The position numbers and the translations under genes were made by a program. Shown one piece after another: positions 20,965-32,638 of a stretch of 64,000 nucleotides of DNA; the first letter of the stretch is position 1, and the number at the start of each line of letters is the position of its first letter. The stretch spans positions 38,023 through 102,022 of the forward strand of contig CAWHOC010000005.1 in NCBI GenBank assembly GCA_963830935.1. The letters run 5' to 3'. This DNA is from an uncultured bacterium (lineage in GTDB: Bacteria; Patescibacteriota; Minisyncoccia; UBA6257; 2-01-FULL-56-20). The notes under the pieces are model-generated. The model was not told the DNA's origin, did no database searches, and saw only the letters and a program-made list of their open reading frames with translations.

Positions 20965-22053
20965 ATGAAGCACATGAAAACAACTAAAAAAGGCGCAGCG
21001 GAGCAGAAGCCGGCGGTGACGGAGAATAAAAACGCGAGCAATAAACAGGTGGACGAGCTTCTCTCTTCGCTCCAGGATAAATTCGGCGAGGGCGCGATCA
21101 TGAAGCTCGGCGAGATGACGCACGTGAACGTGTCCGTCATCCCGACGGGATCCTTCTCGCTTGACCTCGCGCTCGGCGTCGGCGGCTTGCCGCGCGGCCG
21201 CATCACGGAGATCTTCGGCCCCGAATCGTCGGGAAAGACGACGCTCGCGCTGAACGTCGTCGCGCAGGCGCAGAAGCAAGGCGGCAAGGCAGCGTTCATC
21301 GACGCGGAGCACGCGATGGATCCGGAGTATGCCGCCAAACTCGGCGTGAACGTGAACGAACTCCTTATCTCCCAGCCGGACAGTGGCGAGGAGGCGCTGA
21401 ACATTTTGGAAAGCATCGTGCGCTCGGGGATCATCTCCGTCGTCGTCGTGGATTCCGTCGCGGCGCTCACGCCGCGCGCGGAGCTCGAGGGCGAGATGGG
21501 CGAACAGCATGTCGGACGCCAGGCGCGCATGATGGGCCAGGCGCTCCGGAAGTTGACCGCGATCGCGGCGAACAGCGGAACGCTCATCATCTTCATCAAC
21601 CAGCTCCGCATGAAGATCGGCATCATGTTCGGCAATCCGGAAACGACGCCGGGCGGCCGCGCGCTCCCCTTCGCCGCATCGGTGCGCATCGACATCCGCC
21701 GCATCGCGCAGGTCAAGAAGGGCGATGCCGTCGTTGGCAACCGCGTCAAAGCAAAAGTGGCAAAGAACAAAGTGGCGCCGCCGTTCCGATCCGCGGAGTT
21801 CGACATCCTCTTCGGCGAAGGCATCTCGTACACCGGCGACGTCCTGAACGCAGCGGTCAATCACGGCGTGGTCAAGAAATCCGGCGCGAGCTTCAGCTAC
21901 AACGGCGAGCGCCTGGGCGTGGGATTCGAGAACTCAAAAACAAAGTTGAAGGAAGACAAAAAACTTTTTGAGGAAATAAAAAAGAAAACTGCCGAAGCGT
22001 ACAAGAGCGGCGATGGCGTGGCGGAGAAGGCGGCGACGGAGGAGAAAGAATAA
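20965..22053 (+). CDS. recA: recombinase RecA
   Basis: [16 protein letters not shown], and the conserved L1/L2 regions. 362 aa with an N-terminal extension. Confidence 0.95.
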   Translation: MKHMKTTKKGAAEQKPAVTENKNASNKQVDELLSSLQDKFGEGAIMKLGEMTHVNVSVIPTGSFSLDLALGVGGLPRGRITEIFGPESSGKTTLALNVVAQAQKQGGKAAFIDAEHAMDPEYAAKLGVNVNELLISQPDSGEEALNILESIVRSGIISVVVVDSVAALTPRAELEGEMGEQHVGRQARMMGQALRKLTAIAANSGTLIIFINQLRMKIGIMFGNPETTPGGRALPFAASVRIDIRRIAQVKKGDAVVGNRVKAKVAKNKVAPPFRSAEFDILFGEGISYTGDVLNAAVNHGVVKKSGASFSYNGERLGVGFENSKTKLKEDKKLFEEIKKKTAEAYKSGDGVAEKAATEEKE

Positions 22054-22720
22054 AGAAAGGAGATTAGAAAATAATAAGGCCACGACTATAAATTTTTCAG
22101 ATACGCTATCTCGATAAACATCCCATTCCGCCATAGAATAGTCTTAATCGCCATAGAGCGATGGGGACGTCGCCAGTCAAAAAGTAATATAGTGGCTGCA
22201 ATAATTAGAGTCCCCCTATAAATATTCAGGGAATGTGGGATGGTTTCCGTCCGCCAATCTTGATACGACTTACGAATTCGAAAAGATAGCGGATAAATTA
22301 TCATGTTGCGAGTAACAAGAATATCGTTGGTATTCTCGGATCTTTGGTAATACCCAAAGAACAATAGCTGAAGGAGTACGCTGCGCAACTTGTCTTGTCT
22401 GACCAGCTGCCCAAAAAACTGGCAAGAACATAAAAACCGCAGAAATAAGAATATTCCTGATAGTCAATATCCATGTGGAGGGATGCGCAAACGTCGAACA
22501 AAAAACTATGGGCCGCCGCCCGAGATCCATTGCCCGATAAAAACGATCGGCATATGCGAAGGATACGAAAAAGATGTGGCTACGGCTCGTCTTTAAGCAT
22601 CAATGATATCAGAAATTCAGCCCGACAATTTGCCAACCCGGCGGCAACCGCCCCAATGGTATCTTTAATATTCATCATTGGTAGGTAAACTAATTCCCTG
22701 CTGGAGACGTCGTGCTGTTT

Positions 22721-23110
22721 CTATTTTACGAATATAGTGTAGGCAAAGTACCCCACCACCCCAAGCGCGACAAGCCCCACAAGCCCGACGATGAGTTTCG
22801 GCAGAAGATCGCTCCCCGGACCTGCGTCCGAGACCTCCTGACCGAGCACCGGCCGGTCAACCGGCTGGTAGGGCTGCGGCGTATTATCCTCCGGCATGAC
22901 GATGCGGCCCGCTTCCGGGATGGGCGTCTGGACGAAGGTCGTCGGTGCCTTGAACTTTTCCTCGAGCGATAGCCCGGTAACGGCGACGTTCTGATACGAC
23001 GGCGCGCCTCCCCCGCTCTTCATCATGGAATTGATGTCGGAGCGCATGGTGCGCACCTTCACCTCCGATGGCGGTGGCGGCGCGGTGGTGATGACGGTTT
23101 TGTCTTCCAT
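22721..23110 (-). CDS. hypothetical tail-anchored membrane protein
   Basis: 129 aa, Pro-rich, with a C-terminal TM segment LIVGLVGLVALGVVGYFAYTIFV. Confidence 0.4.
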   Translation of the reverse strand: MEDKTVITTAPPPPSEVKVRTMRSDINSMMKSGGGAPSYQNVAVTGLSLEEKFKAPTTFVQTPIPEAGRIVMPEDNTPQPYQPVDRPVLGQEVSDAGPGSDLLPKLIVGLVGLVALGVVGYFAYTIFVK

Positions 23111-23274
23111 GTATTTATTTTAACATACAAAAACGAAAGGGCTCTCCATAAAACAATGGCCAAATAACAAAAAACATCCTATTCGAGGGGCATCGCGGAG
23201 GCACGAAGGTGCCGAGCGCTGAGGCGGCCGGTCAGCAGGCCGGAACGCCGTTCCTGAGAATAGGATGTTTTTTG

Positions 23275-25415
23275 TTATTTGGTTTCCAATTGTTTTATGG
23301 AGAGCCCGATCTTGCCGTTCTCCGCTTTGATGATCTTCGCGCGGACGTGGTCGCCGAGATGGACGACGTCCTCCACCTGCTTCACAAAACCCTGCTTGAG
23401 CTCGGAGACGTGGATCATGCCGTCGGCACCGCCGCCGAGGTCGACGATCGCGCCGAATTCCAGGATCTTCACGATCGGGCCTTCCACGATCTCGCCAACT
23501 TTCCATTCTTTCGTCATGCCCAGGATCTCCGCGACGGCCGCCTCCACCTTTGCGAGGTCGACGCCGGAAACGTACACGCCGCCGTCCTCTTCGATGTCGA
23601 TGCCCGCGAGCTCGTACTTGGCGATGAGGCCGTTGATCATCTTTCCGCCGGGCCGATGACGGTGCCAATCTTCAGCGGATCGATCTTGAACTGGCGGATC
23701 TTCGGCACGAATGGCGAGATCGCCGTGCGCGGCGCGGGAAGCGTCGCCACGATCGTCTTCAAGATGTGCAACCGCGCGTCGCGCGCCTGCGCGAACGCCT
23801 TCTCGAGCAACTCGATCGTAAGCCCATCCACTTTGACGTCCATCTGCATGCCGGTCACGCCATCGTTCGTTCCCGCAACCTTGAGGTCCATGTCGCCATG
23901 ATGATCTTCCGGTCCCTGGATGTCGGTCAGCACTTTGTAGTTATTCACGTCCGAGTGCCGTCCGGCGTGGTGCCCATCATGAGTCCCATCGCGATGCCCG
24001 CGGCCGGTTTCTTAAGCGGCACGCCGGCGTCCATGAGCGAGAGCGCGGACGCGCAGACCGTCGCCTGCGAGGACGAACCGTTGGAAGACATGATCTCCGA
24101 AACGACGCGGATCGTGTACGGGAATTCCTCCTTGCTCGGGATCAAACGCTCGAGCGATTTGCGCGCGAGGTTGCCGTGGCCGATCTCGCGGCGCCCGGGG
24201 CCGCGGAACGAGCCGACTTCACCGACCGAGAACGGCGGGAAGTTGTAGTGCAGCATGAAGCGGCGCTTGCCGGTGGTCTCCATCGTCTCGATCATCTGCT
24301 CGGCGCCGGGCGCCGCGAGCGTCGTGATGGCGAGCGCCTGGGTGTTGCCACGGACGAACAAGGCCGAGCCGTGCGTGCGCGAGAACAATCCCACTTCGGC
24401 ATCGAGCGCGCGGACCTCGTCAAGCTTGCGTCCATCCGGGCGCTGCTCTTTTTCCAAAATATTTTTATGGACGAGGTCGTTCACCATCTCGTCGTACAAG
24501 AATTCAACTGCTTTCCAGTTTATCTTTTCCTTTGTGGCGCCAAATTTTTCTTTGATGTGCAGATTGAGCTCATGATTCAGCGCGCCAACGGCGGTCGTGT
24601 GCTCCACTTTCGTCGGCTTATAGATCGCCGCCTCCAGCTTGTCCGCTAGGAACGCGCGGATCTCTGTTTTGATATCCTCGTCCGGCTCCGCGAGCGCAAC
24701 CTCCGCCTTCGGTTTGCCGATCTCGGCGCGGATCTGTTCCTGGAACGCGATCAATTTGTTGATCTCCTGCTGCGCGAGTTTGAAGCCCGCGACGACATCC
24801 TTCTCCTGCGCATCCAAACCGCCAAGCTCGATCATATTGATGCGATCCTTGGAGCCGGAAACGAACGCGTCGAAGATCGGCAGGTTCGGTTCGGCAAGAG
24901 CGCTGTTATCGGGATTCACGATGAACTGCTTGTCTGCCCGTCTATATCTGCGCGACGCGCACGCCGGCGACCGGGCCGTTCCACGGAATGTCGGAGATAA
25001 AGAGCGCGGTCGAAACGCCAAGCAATCCAACGAACTCCGGATCGTTCTGCTCGTCGATCTGCAGCACGGTGACGACCACCTGGATCTCGCGGCGCATCTT
25101 GTCGTTGAAGAGCGGGCGGATGGTGCGGTCCACCAAGCGACCGGCGAGGATCGCCTCTTCGGACGAACGGCCTTCGCGGCGCACGTAGCGGCTGCCCAAA
25201 ATTTTTCCCGCAGCGTAGAACTTCTCTTCGTAATCCACCTTGAGCGGCAAGTAGTCGATATCGCTATCTTTGCGCGCCATCACTGCCGTCGCGAGCACGA
25301 CGGTCTCGCCGTACTTCGCGATCACCGCCGCGTTCGCCTGCTCGGCCAACGCGGAAACCTCTATCGTCAACGTCTTTCCTGCGATCTCAACGGAAAACTG
25401 CTTTTTCTGTAACAT
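23275..25415 (-). CDS. pnp: polynucleotide phosphorylase (PNPase), split into 4 ORFs by about 3 frameshifts
   Basis: Track ORFs 24942..25415 (RNase PH domain 1), 23945..25030 (alpha-helical region and PH domain 2), 23637..23948 (KH domain) and 23275..23640 (S1 domain) are collinear with PNPase. Confidence 0.9.
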
Positions 25416-25560
25416 ATTTTTTTGATAGAACCGCGAACCCGGAGAGTTCTATCATCCTGAGCTTTAGGAAAGATCGCTGCGGCGGCGCATTTCGCCGCGG
25501 GATCTCGCGCAAAGCTCGGAATGATATCCCCTTTATCGCGCTTCGTTAATTAATTATTTT

Positions 25561-26253
25561 TTAATGATTATCCGACTGCGGCCGCTTCGCCCGTGCCATG
25601 TACCGCGGCTTCATGATCGCGCGCGGAAGCGCCTCTATATTCACGAACTCATCGGCGGCCTCCACAAGCTTTGTTGATGCACTCCTTCGGAACGAGGCGA
25701 TCTCGACCACTCGCCCACCTGCCCATTTTACGTAATTGACCAAGGGAATATAATCGCCGTCGCCGGTCACCAAAATGATCACATCCAGGAATGGCATCAT
25801 ACGGATGACGTCCACCGTGAGGCCCACATCCCAGTCGCCCTTCTTCAATCCGCCGGCGTAGATCTGTAAATCCTTCATGCGCAGCTCAAGGCCGGCTTTC
25901 TCCAGCGCTTCAAAGAAGCTTGCCTCGGAAGACATGCCGCCGTTCGCGCCGTCGCCGTTGCCGTTGCCGTTCGCGCCGTTGCCGGATACTGCCGACGCCG
26001 GCACGATGGACATCGCCGCCGCCTGATCCTTTTCCGCCATGCGCACGTGCCCGCGCGCCTGCTGCGGTTCCACGCCTTCGCTGCGCACCACGTACGCCAT
26101 CGCGCGGATCAGCTGCCGCCCCGCCACAAGATGCTTGATGAGCTCCGCGTAGTTCACCCGGCCCTGGTACAGGTTTTTCGCCGAGTGGTACAGGTTCGAC
26201 ACATCAACAAAAATCCCAACACGCTGGTTGGAATGGTTCGTTCCCGCTGCCAT
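25561..26253 (-). CDS. NYN/LabA-like (DUF88) PIN-fold nuclease domain protein
   Basis: VGIFVDVSNLYHS...IILVTGDGDYIPLV...RVVEIASF, with a low-complexity GNGANGNGNGDGANGG insert. Confidence 0.65.
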   Translation of the reverse strand: MAAGTNHSNQRVGIFVDVSNLYHSAKNLYQGRVNYAELIKHLVAGRQLIRAMAYVVRSEGVEPQQARGHVRMAEKDQAAAMSIVPASAVSGNGANGNGNGDGANGGMSSEASFFEALEKAGLELRMKDLQIYAGGLKKGDWDVGLTVDVIRMMPFLDVIILVTGDGDYIPLVNYVKWAGGRVVEIASFRRSASTKLVEAADEFVNIEALPRAIMKPRYMARAKRPQSDNH

Positions 26254-26519
26254 TATTTTTTAAGATCGAGCTTCTTCAAAAGTTTTTCGTACGAAGAAGG
26301 CTCGTGCTTCTTCATATACGCGAGCAATTTTCTGCGTTTGGATACCATCTTCAAAAGACCGCGGCGGGAATGATTGTCCTTCGGGTTTTTCTTGAGATGG
26401 GTGGCCAGCTCGTCGATCTGGCGCGAGGTCATCGCGATCTGCACCTGGGCGGAGCCGGTGTCTTTCTCGTGCGTCTTATGTTCCCCCACGATGCGGGATT
26501 TTACTCTCTTAGTAAGCAT
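26253..26519 (-). CDS. rpsO: 30S ribosomal protein S15
   Basis: MLTKRVKSRIVGEHKTHEKDTGSAQVQIAMTSRQIDELATHLKKNPKDNHSRRGLLKMVSKRRKLLAYMKKHEPSSYEKLLKKLDL. It is in frame with the upstream ORF, with no stop between them. Confidence 0.85.
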   Translation of the reverse strand: MLTKRVKSRIVGEHKTHEKDTGSAQVQIAMTSRQIDELATHLKKNPKDNHSRRGLLKMVSKRRKLLAYMKKHEPSSYEKLLKKLDLKK

Positions 26520-26522
26520 TAT

Positions 26523-28574
26523 AAGTGATGATACATCATTATCTAATAACTTAGCAAGGGGCACGGCCACTTTTCTATAGAGATAAAGGAAGAGAAATAT
26601 GCCGCCGCCGATGATGGAGGCGGTGATCGGCTGGATGATATCGGGCATGAGCATGAGGATGGCACAGGCGATCACGAATATCCCCGGCGAAAAAACGAGG
26701 AGGAGGAGTGGCAATACCCAAAGGACATACCACGGCATGAACCATGATGTCCCAAAAAAGAACAAAAACAGGAATGGGATGGAAAAACTTTCCGGAAGTT
26801 TTTTCTTCCGCGCGAAGATGACGAGGGAAATATAAAAAATGAGAACGCCGATCACACGCAAGATCAGTTCATTCCCCGAAAGCTTGTGAAGGAGGTCCGT
26901 GCCCAGGAGGGCGAATATGGGATCAAAGATATCGAGGGTCTGGTGAAAAAATCCGCCAAGGCCGACGACGGGACCGCCGAACGGAAGGTAGAATATCGCA
27001 AAGCCCGCGAGGAGCAGTGCCCCCGCGACGAGCGCGCGCCGGACCACCGCGCGAACCGGAAGGAGACCTCCGGAAAAAGTCATGAACACCGGGATCGGGA
27101 TAAGGAGCCATGGCACATACTTGAAAAATCCTCCGATCACGAGCGCGAGGATGCTCGCCCAGCCCTCATCGTTCAAAAAGAAATAGAATGCCAAAACGAT
27201 GGACGCGAGAATGAACACGTCCGCGTGGAGATCGATAAAAATTTCCTGGAACAGGAACGGATTCCATAGGATGAGCATAAAATAGTGCGGCCGGTTTTCG
27301 GCAGGGATGTTCATCCGGGCAAGTATCTTCCAAAATATCACGAGGGCGAAGCACGCCACGGCAAAGAAAAGTATCTTGAGCGCGACGATCGCCGCGAGCG
27401 GCGTTCCGAGGAGTGATGGCAGGAAAAGAGAAAAGACCCACAACGGGCCCTGGGCCATGACGAGGGTCGTCCACTGAGAGACCGGAGCGCTCCAGATGTC
27501 CATCGGGAGCATCGCGGGAGTGGTCGTATAGGGATTGAGATGGAAAAGCGAAAAGCCGCGCGTGAGGAGCAGATTCCAATACACGTCCTGTGACCGGTCG
27601 GGAAGCATGAGGAGGGTGATCAGGAAATACAGCGCGAAGAAAACGATAATGATGGTCATCGCGGTGCGCCATCGGGGACCGTTCGCATATCGCGAGGCTT
27701 TGAAAAGCACAAAAAAATAAAGAGTCAGCGCGAGCACCACCGCAAGGACGCCCCATGGAAGCTGTCCCGTCAGCATATCGTACCCCTGCCCGTAGGCCGC
27801 GATCACGTTGGCCGCGAACAAGATCGCGAGAATGCTCCCCGCGGCGATCAACGCATTCATATGATGGGAAGCCATCCTCCCAAAAAATCGCAAGCCGTGC
27901 ACGATCTCGAGCGGAGGGTTGGCAACTTTGCTTTTCCTTCCGGGAAATCTGGTTTCAATCCAGGAGACAGGGACTTCCGTTATGCGCAGGCCGTTTTCCG
28001 TTCCGCGGATGATCACCTCCGAGTTCAAAAACCATCCGTTCTCGGTGCATGATGCCATGATCTCCGCCGCGCGGGCATTTGCGGCGAAGACCCCGCATTG
28101 AGCATCGGACAGGGTCACGCCGAAGAGCGCTTTCATAAAGAACGCCCAGCCCCGGGTCATGATCTTTCGGTACCACGTGCGAAAGCCGGTGCGTTTTCCA
28201 AAAACAAGATCCGCGGTCTTGTTTTCAAGCGGAGCGGAAAGTCTCTGATGATCCTCCAGCTCCACCGGCAGGTCGGCATCGACAAATAGATAGTAAGAAG
28301 CGGGGTAGGATGCTACCGGCTTGGCGAAAAGCCGCGCCGCGGCCCGCTGCGGGAAGATGAAGATAATGGACATGCCGATTCCGGGCGGCGATCTCCTTCC
28401 TATATCGCCCGTGCCATCGTGCGAACCGTTATCCGCGATGAGAATTGCCCAGGAGGCGTCCTTATCCTGCCACCGAGAGGTCAGGAACGATGAAAGCTCA
28501 TGGATCGATCTTTCGAGTACGGGCGCCTCGTTATGAACAGGCACGATGATCAGGTGTGAGATCTTTTGATCCAT
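26523..28574 (-). CDS. GT2-family glycosyltransferase fused to a large polytopic membrane domain; 3' boundary undefined (no stop codon before rpsO)
   Basis: The N-terminus LIIVPVHNEAPVLERSIHEL...ILIADNGSHDGTGDI is GT-A/GT2 (DPM1-like). It is followed by about 12 TM helices. The track ORF 26253..28574 reads straight into S15. Confidence 0.65.
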
Positions 28575-28626
28575 GTAATAAAAGAATTATACACCCGTTT
28601 TGCGACAGATGCGGTATAATGAAAAA

Positions 28627-29564
28627 ATGCCCGAGGAAAAGAAAGACCGAAAACGGAGATCGACCGCCTGCTCCAGGATTATTTGAATTATTTGGAGATC
28701 GAGAAGAACCGCTCGCCGCGGACAAGCGAGAACTATAAGCATTATCTCGTCGAGTTTTTGAACTTCGCGAAGATATCATCCCCTGCGGAGATCACGGACA
28801 GTGTGGTGCGCGAGTTCCGCGTGTCGCTCGCGCGGCGCGAAGGCCTCAAGCGCGTGACGCAGGGATATTACGCGATCGCCCTCCGCAATTTTTTGAAATA
28901 TATGGCGAAGCGCGACATCAAAACGTTGTCCGCGGAAAAGATCGAACTTCCAAAAGTGCCGGGGCGGCAGATCGACACGCTGGAATACGGCGACCTTGAA
29001 CGGCTCCTCGCCGCGCCGAAGGGCGACTCGCTCCGCGACCTGCGGGACAAAGCGATCTTGGAAATGTTCTTCTCCACCGGCCTGCGCCTCGCCGAGCTCT
29101 GCGCGCTCCCCCGCGGGATCGACCTCAAGCGCGGCGAGCTCTCCGTGCGCGGCAAGGGCGACAAGCTGCGCGTGGTGTTCATCTCCGACTCGGCCCGCGA
29201 GGCGGTCCAGCGCTATCTCGCCGCGCGCGCGCGCGCCGGCGGCGCGGGCGACGCCGAAGATAAATTGTTCATCAGCTTGGATCGCGTGGGCAACGTGATC
29301 GGCCCCATCACGCCGCGCGCCGTCCAGCGGCTCGTCGCCGCGCGCGCCACGCAGGCCGGCATCCCGAACCACATCCACGCGCATCTGCTCCGCCACAGCT
29401 TTGCCACCGATCTATTAATAAATGGCGCCGACCTCCGTTCCGTGCAGGAGCTCCTCGGCCACGCGAACATTTCCACCACGCAGGTCTACACGCACCTCAC
29501 CAACAAACAGCTGCGCGAAGTGCATAAAGCGTTTCATGGAGCGCGGAGGGAGAATGAGAAATAA
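28627..29564 (+). CDS. tyrosine site-specific recombinase XerC/XerD family
   Basis: N-terminal SAM-like domain (LQDYLNYLEIEKNRSPRTSENYKHYL) and catalytic residues (...RHSFATDLL..., HLLRHSFA, LLGHANISTTQVYTHL). The track ORF starts at TTG 28683; an ATG at about 28627 is in another frame, suggesting a 5' indel. Confidence 0.85.
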
Positions 29565-31072
29565 CATGGACGCCCCTCTGCGCTATCGCGTCGTTGCCGG
29601 CATCCTGATCTTCTTCGCATTCCTCGCGGTGATCGCGAAGACCGTCGATCCCGATTTTTATTGGCACCTCCAGGACGGCGAGACGATCCTCGCCACGCAC
29701 ATGGTGCCGCGCGTGGACACCTACAGCTTCACCATGGCGAACATGCCGTGGGTGGATCACGAATGGCTCGTGGAAGCGGGGTTTGCGTGGATGTGGAACC
29801 ATGACCTCATGTGGGCGCTCGCCATTATCTTCGCCATCATGGCGTTCATCCCTTTTGTTGTCTGGCTCAAGCGATACCGTTCGTGGCCGGCCCTCTGGGC
29901 CATCGCCGCGGGGGCGACGCTTTTTATGTCATTCCTTGCCATCAGACCACAGATACTCCCCTATCTTCTTTTTTTCATCGTTTTCGAGCTGCTCTCCCGC
30001 TACTACGGGAACGGGCATGATCGCAGGTCGCGGAAAAAAATATATCTTTTGGTGATGCCGCTCGTCATCTTTCTATGGGCGAACATCCACGCGCAGTTTG
30101 TCTCGGGACTCGCGCTCTTCGCCGTATTCATGCTGACGGATGCGGCCGTCGCGTGGTGGCGGGAGAAAAAGATCCCGTGGCGCGCCGTGCCGTTCGCGCC
30201 CGCCATGCTCATTGCGAGCACGCTCACGCCACTCCTGAATCCCTACGGCGCCGGGCTGTACGGAGAAGTATTCCGCGTGATGTTCTCGGCAAACACCATG
30301 AAGTATATCCAGGAATGGCAATCCCCCTTCACTATGCGAGCGGCTTTTTCTCCGCAGACCGTCGCGATCGCAATCGTATGTTCGTTGTTCATCCTGCTCG
30401 CCGTGAAATATTATAAGCGCATCGCTCCGACGCAACTCGCCGCGGGAATCGTATTTTTCCTCCTCTTCGCAAAGTCGATACGCATGGGGCCGCTTTTCGT
30501 GATCATTGCCATTCCCGTCATATATGGTGGCCTCACGTACGCTTCCGTTGAATTTTCTTCCCGGTGGCATCTCGTCACGCGTAAAATAAAAATGCTTATC
30601 AAAGGGATAGGCACCGCTGTCTCCGTGGGCATGCTCTGCCTCGTCCTCGCCGTCCCGGCCGCGCTTGGCGAAACACAGATCACCGCGGCGCAATATCCGG
30701 CGGCAGCCGTGAACTTTCTGAACCACAGCGCGGCGCAGGGAAATAAGATCGTTATCCTAAATACATATATCTGGGGCGGCTATCTCATCTGGGCGGCGCC
30801 GGAAATAAAAGTGTTCATCGACGGCAGGATGCCGCACTGGATCGCGCCGGACGGCGTTTCGGCGATGGAGGACTATATTAAACTCTTTTTGTCGCCAACG
30901 CCGCCCAACACACAGCTCGCGATCTTAAAAAAATGGGGCGTGAACACCGTGCTTATTTCGTTTCAGGACGCGACCGGCGGCGACGCGGGCGTTCGTCGCG
31001 ACGCTCAAGTCGGCGGGATGGATTATTACCTACCACGACGCCACCGCTGTCATCCTCCAATATCGGCCATAG
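29554..31072 (+). CDS. polytopic membrane protein (about 12 TM), frameshifted near 30960
   Basis: The track ORF 29422..31140 runs into the tRNA-Leu gene. An alternative frame from about 30960 gives a clean C-terminus ...RAFVATLKSAGWIITYHDATAVILQYRP* ending at about 31072. Confidence 0.5.
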
Positions 31073-31091
31073 AACCTTGGCGGCTCTCTTG

Positions 31092-31172
31092 TGCCCGGGA
31101 GAGGACTCGAACCTCCACGCCTTGCGGCATCAGCTCCTAAAGCTGACGTGTATGCCATTTCACCACCCGGGC
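31092..31172 (-). tRNA. tRNA-Leu (anticodon TAG), type II with long variable arm
   Basis: Reverse complement reads GCCCGGG-TG-GTGAAATGGCATACAC-G-TCAGC-TTTAGGA-GCTGA-TGCCGCAAGGCGTGG-AGG-TTCGAGT-CCTCT-CCCGGGC-A. CCA is not encoded. Confidence 0.8.
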
Positions 31173-31333
31173 ATTGAACGGCCCTGCGGGCCATTTCCTG
31201 CTTATAATACGCCCTTTCCCGGCCTTTGACAAGGTTCTATATTATATGGTAGTATTGGGCCAGCCGAGATAGGTTCGGCAATCTGTCTTTTTGACATCAA
31301 CATCAACCAGCACAACAGAAAACGGAGGTCCTT

Positions 31334-32638
31334 ATGGACACAGCATTATGGATCATTCTCTTGATGTTCCTGGTCGCGGGTGCCATAAGCATTCCCGTGA
31401 TCGCGGCATTCGCGTTGACTTACAAGATGTGGACGCCCGCACTGGCGAAACGCAAATTGTTCGTCGCCACACCACAGGAAGGTACCGGGATGTGGATCTT
31501 GAAAAATGGCAGAGCGTGGAGATTTATCACCACCGATGCGAAAAAAGATCCGGATCCGCTTCACTGCGATGTCACTGAAAAAGGCATGGCAAAGTGGCCT
31601 AACCCTCAGGGAAAACTTAGAAACTCTGACGGGGGCTGTGAACCATGGTGGGTTCAGTGGCTCGATAGTATCCTGCCCGGCGGCATGCGTTGGATAGGAG
31701 TACCGTGGATATACACCATCTACGAATACAACTTTCGATGGAGCGTGCTCCGACAGAGCAAGCCATCCATCGAAGATGGGCTCATTGATTCGTACCAGTT
31801 AGAGAGCGGGAAATGGGTAGCATGCTTTGCAAAAAAGCTTGACTACGTGTTCCTCCGCAACTCTGTCTACTACCTGCGTGCCAGCAATTCGGAAACACAG
31901 GGAGCGGACAATGACGCGGCGGACAAGTCCGTCGGCATGGCAATTGGGATGGATCTTGTGCCCACGGTAAGAGTCATAAATCCCTACACTTCCCACTTCG
32001 TCATACACGACTGGCTGGAAAGCTCTCTTGATTTGGTTGGTCCCGCGCTTCGAAGCTGGATCGCAAACAATCCTTATCAGGTGATCAACCGGAAGCCCGA
32101 ATCAGCGCAGCGGCAGTTTGATGAATTTTTACAAACCGCCCTGGCAAAAGAAAATGATCGATGTATCCTCGACGTCTTGGAAGACGATTATGGCGTCAGG
32201 TTTGAGAGCGTCGGGATCGACAACATCATTCCACCCACTGAATATGCCGAGGCCACCACACGGCGTGCCGCGGCAGTACAGGATGCAGTTCGGATCGAGA
32301 CGCTTGCGCTTGCGAATTCCAATCAGTTGGCCATTCTTGCAAGAGGCCAGGGAGAGGCAGTGAGAACGCTTGCGGATGCTGATGGTTACCGCATCACCAC
32401 GGTCAATGCAGCCATCGACGAGGCGCCAGGAGGGAACGCATTTGCCCTCGAAGCGCTCGCGACGCTTAAGGATATTGGCGAGAACGGCAACACCGTTGTA
32501 TTAGGTGGAACTAATCCTGTCAATATGTTGATCAACGCTTCCAAAAATCCACAAACTCCCCCGCCTCCACCGACGGCTCAACCGCCGCGGAATCGAGGGG
32601 GTAACCAATCGCCCAGACAAGCAGGAGGTGGGCAATGA
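31334..32638 (+). CDS. SPFH/band-7 (stomatin/prohibitin-like) domain membrane protein
   Basis: N-terminal TM, and a C-terminal region GVRFESVGIDNIIPPTEYAEATTRRAAAVQDAVRIETLALANSNQLAILARGQGEAVRTL typical of the SPFH C-terminus. Confidence 0.5.
   Translation: MDTALWIILLMFLVAGAISIPVIAAFALTYKMWTPALAKRKLFVATPQEGTGMWILKNGRAWRFITTDAKKDPDPLHCDVTEKGMAKWPNPQGKLRNSDGGCEPWWVQWLDSILPGGMRWIGVPWIYTIYEYNFRWSVLRQSKPSIEDGLIDSYQLESGKWVACFAKKLDYVFLRNSVYYLRASNSETQGADNDAADKSVGMAIGMDLVPTVRVINPYTSHFVIHDWLESSLDLVGPALRSWIANNPYQVINRKPESAQRQFDEFLQTALAKENDRCILDVLEDDYGVRFESVGIDNIIPPTEYAEATTRRAAAVQDAVRIETLALANSNQLAILARGQGEAVRTLADADGYRITTVNAAIDEAPGGNAFALEALATLKDIGENGNTVVLGGTNPVNMLINASKNPQTPPPPPTAQPPRNRGGNQSPRQAGGGQ

Noticed and set aside
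20923-21864. Long antisense ORFs (313 and 308 aa) opposite recA
   Set aside because: They lie entirely within the unambiguous recA coding sequence on the other strand and have Arg/Ala/Pro-rich low-complexity composition, which is typical of spurious antisense ORFs in GC-rich DNA. The same applies to antisense ORFs opposite clpB, gyrA, xerC (28776..29396), the NRAMP gene and the surface-protein locus (5720..6733).
13924-25415. Programmed ribosomal frameshifting in pnp, ftsK or the cysteine desulfurase
   Set aside because: There are too many independent sites, in genes with no known programmed frameshifts, and at least one is in a homopolymer. Sequencing indels are far more likely.
26253-28574. 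Genuine S15-glycosyltransferase fusion protein
   Set aside because: It is biologically implausible. An AT-rich, promoter-like spacer with an ATG for S15 lies between the two parts, and a missing stop is consistent with the indel pattern seen elsewhere.
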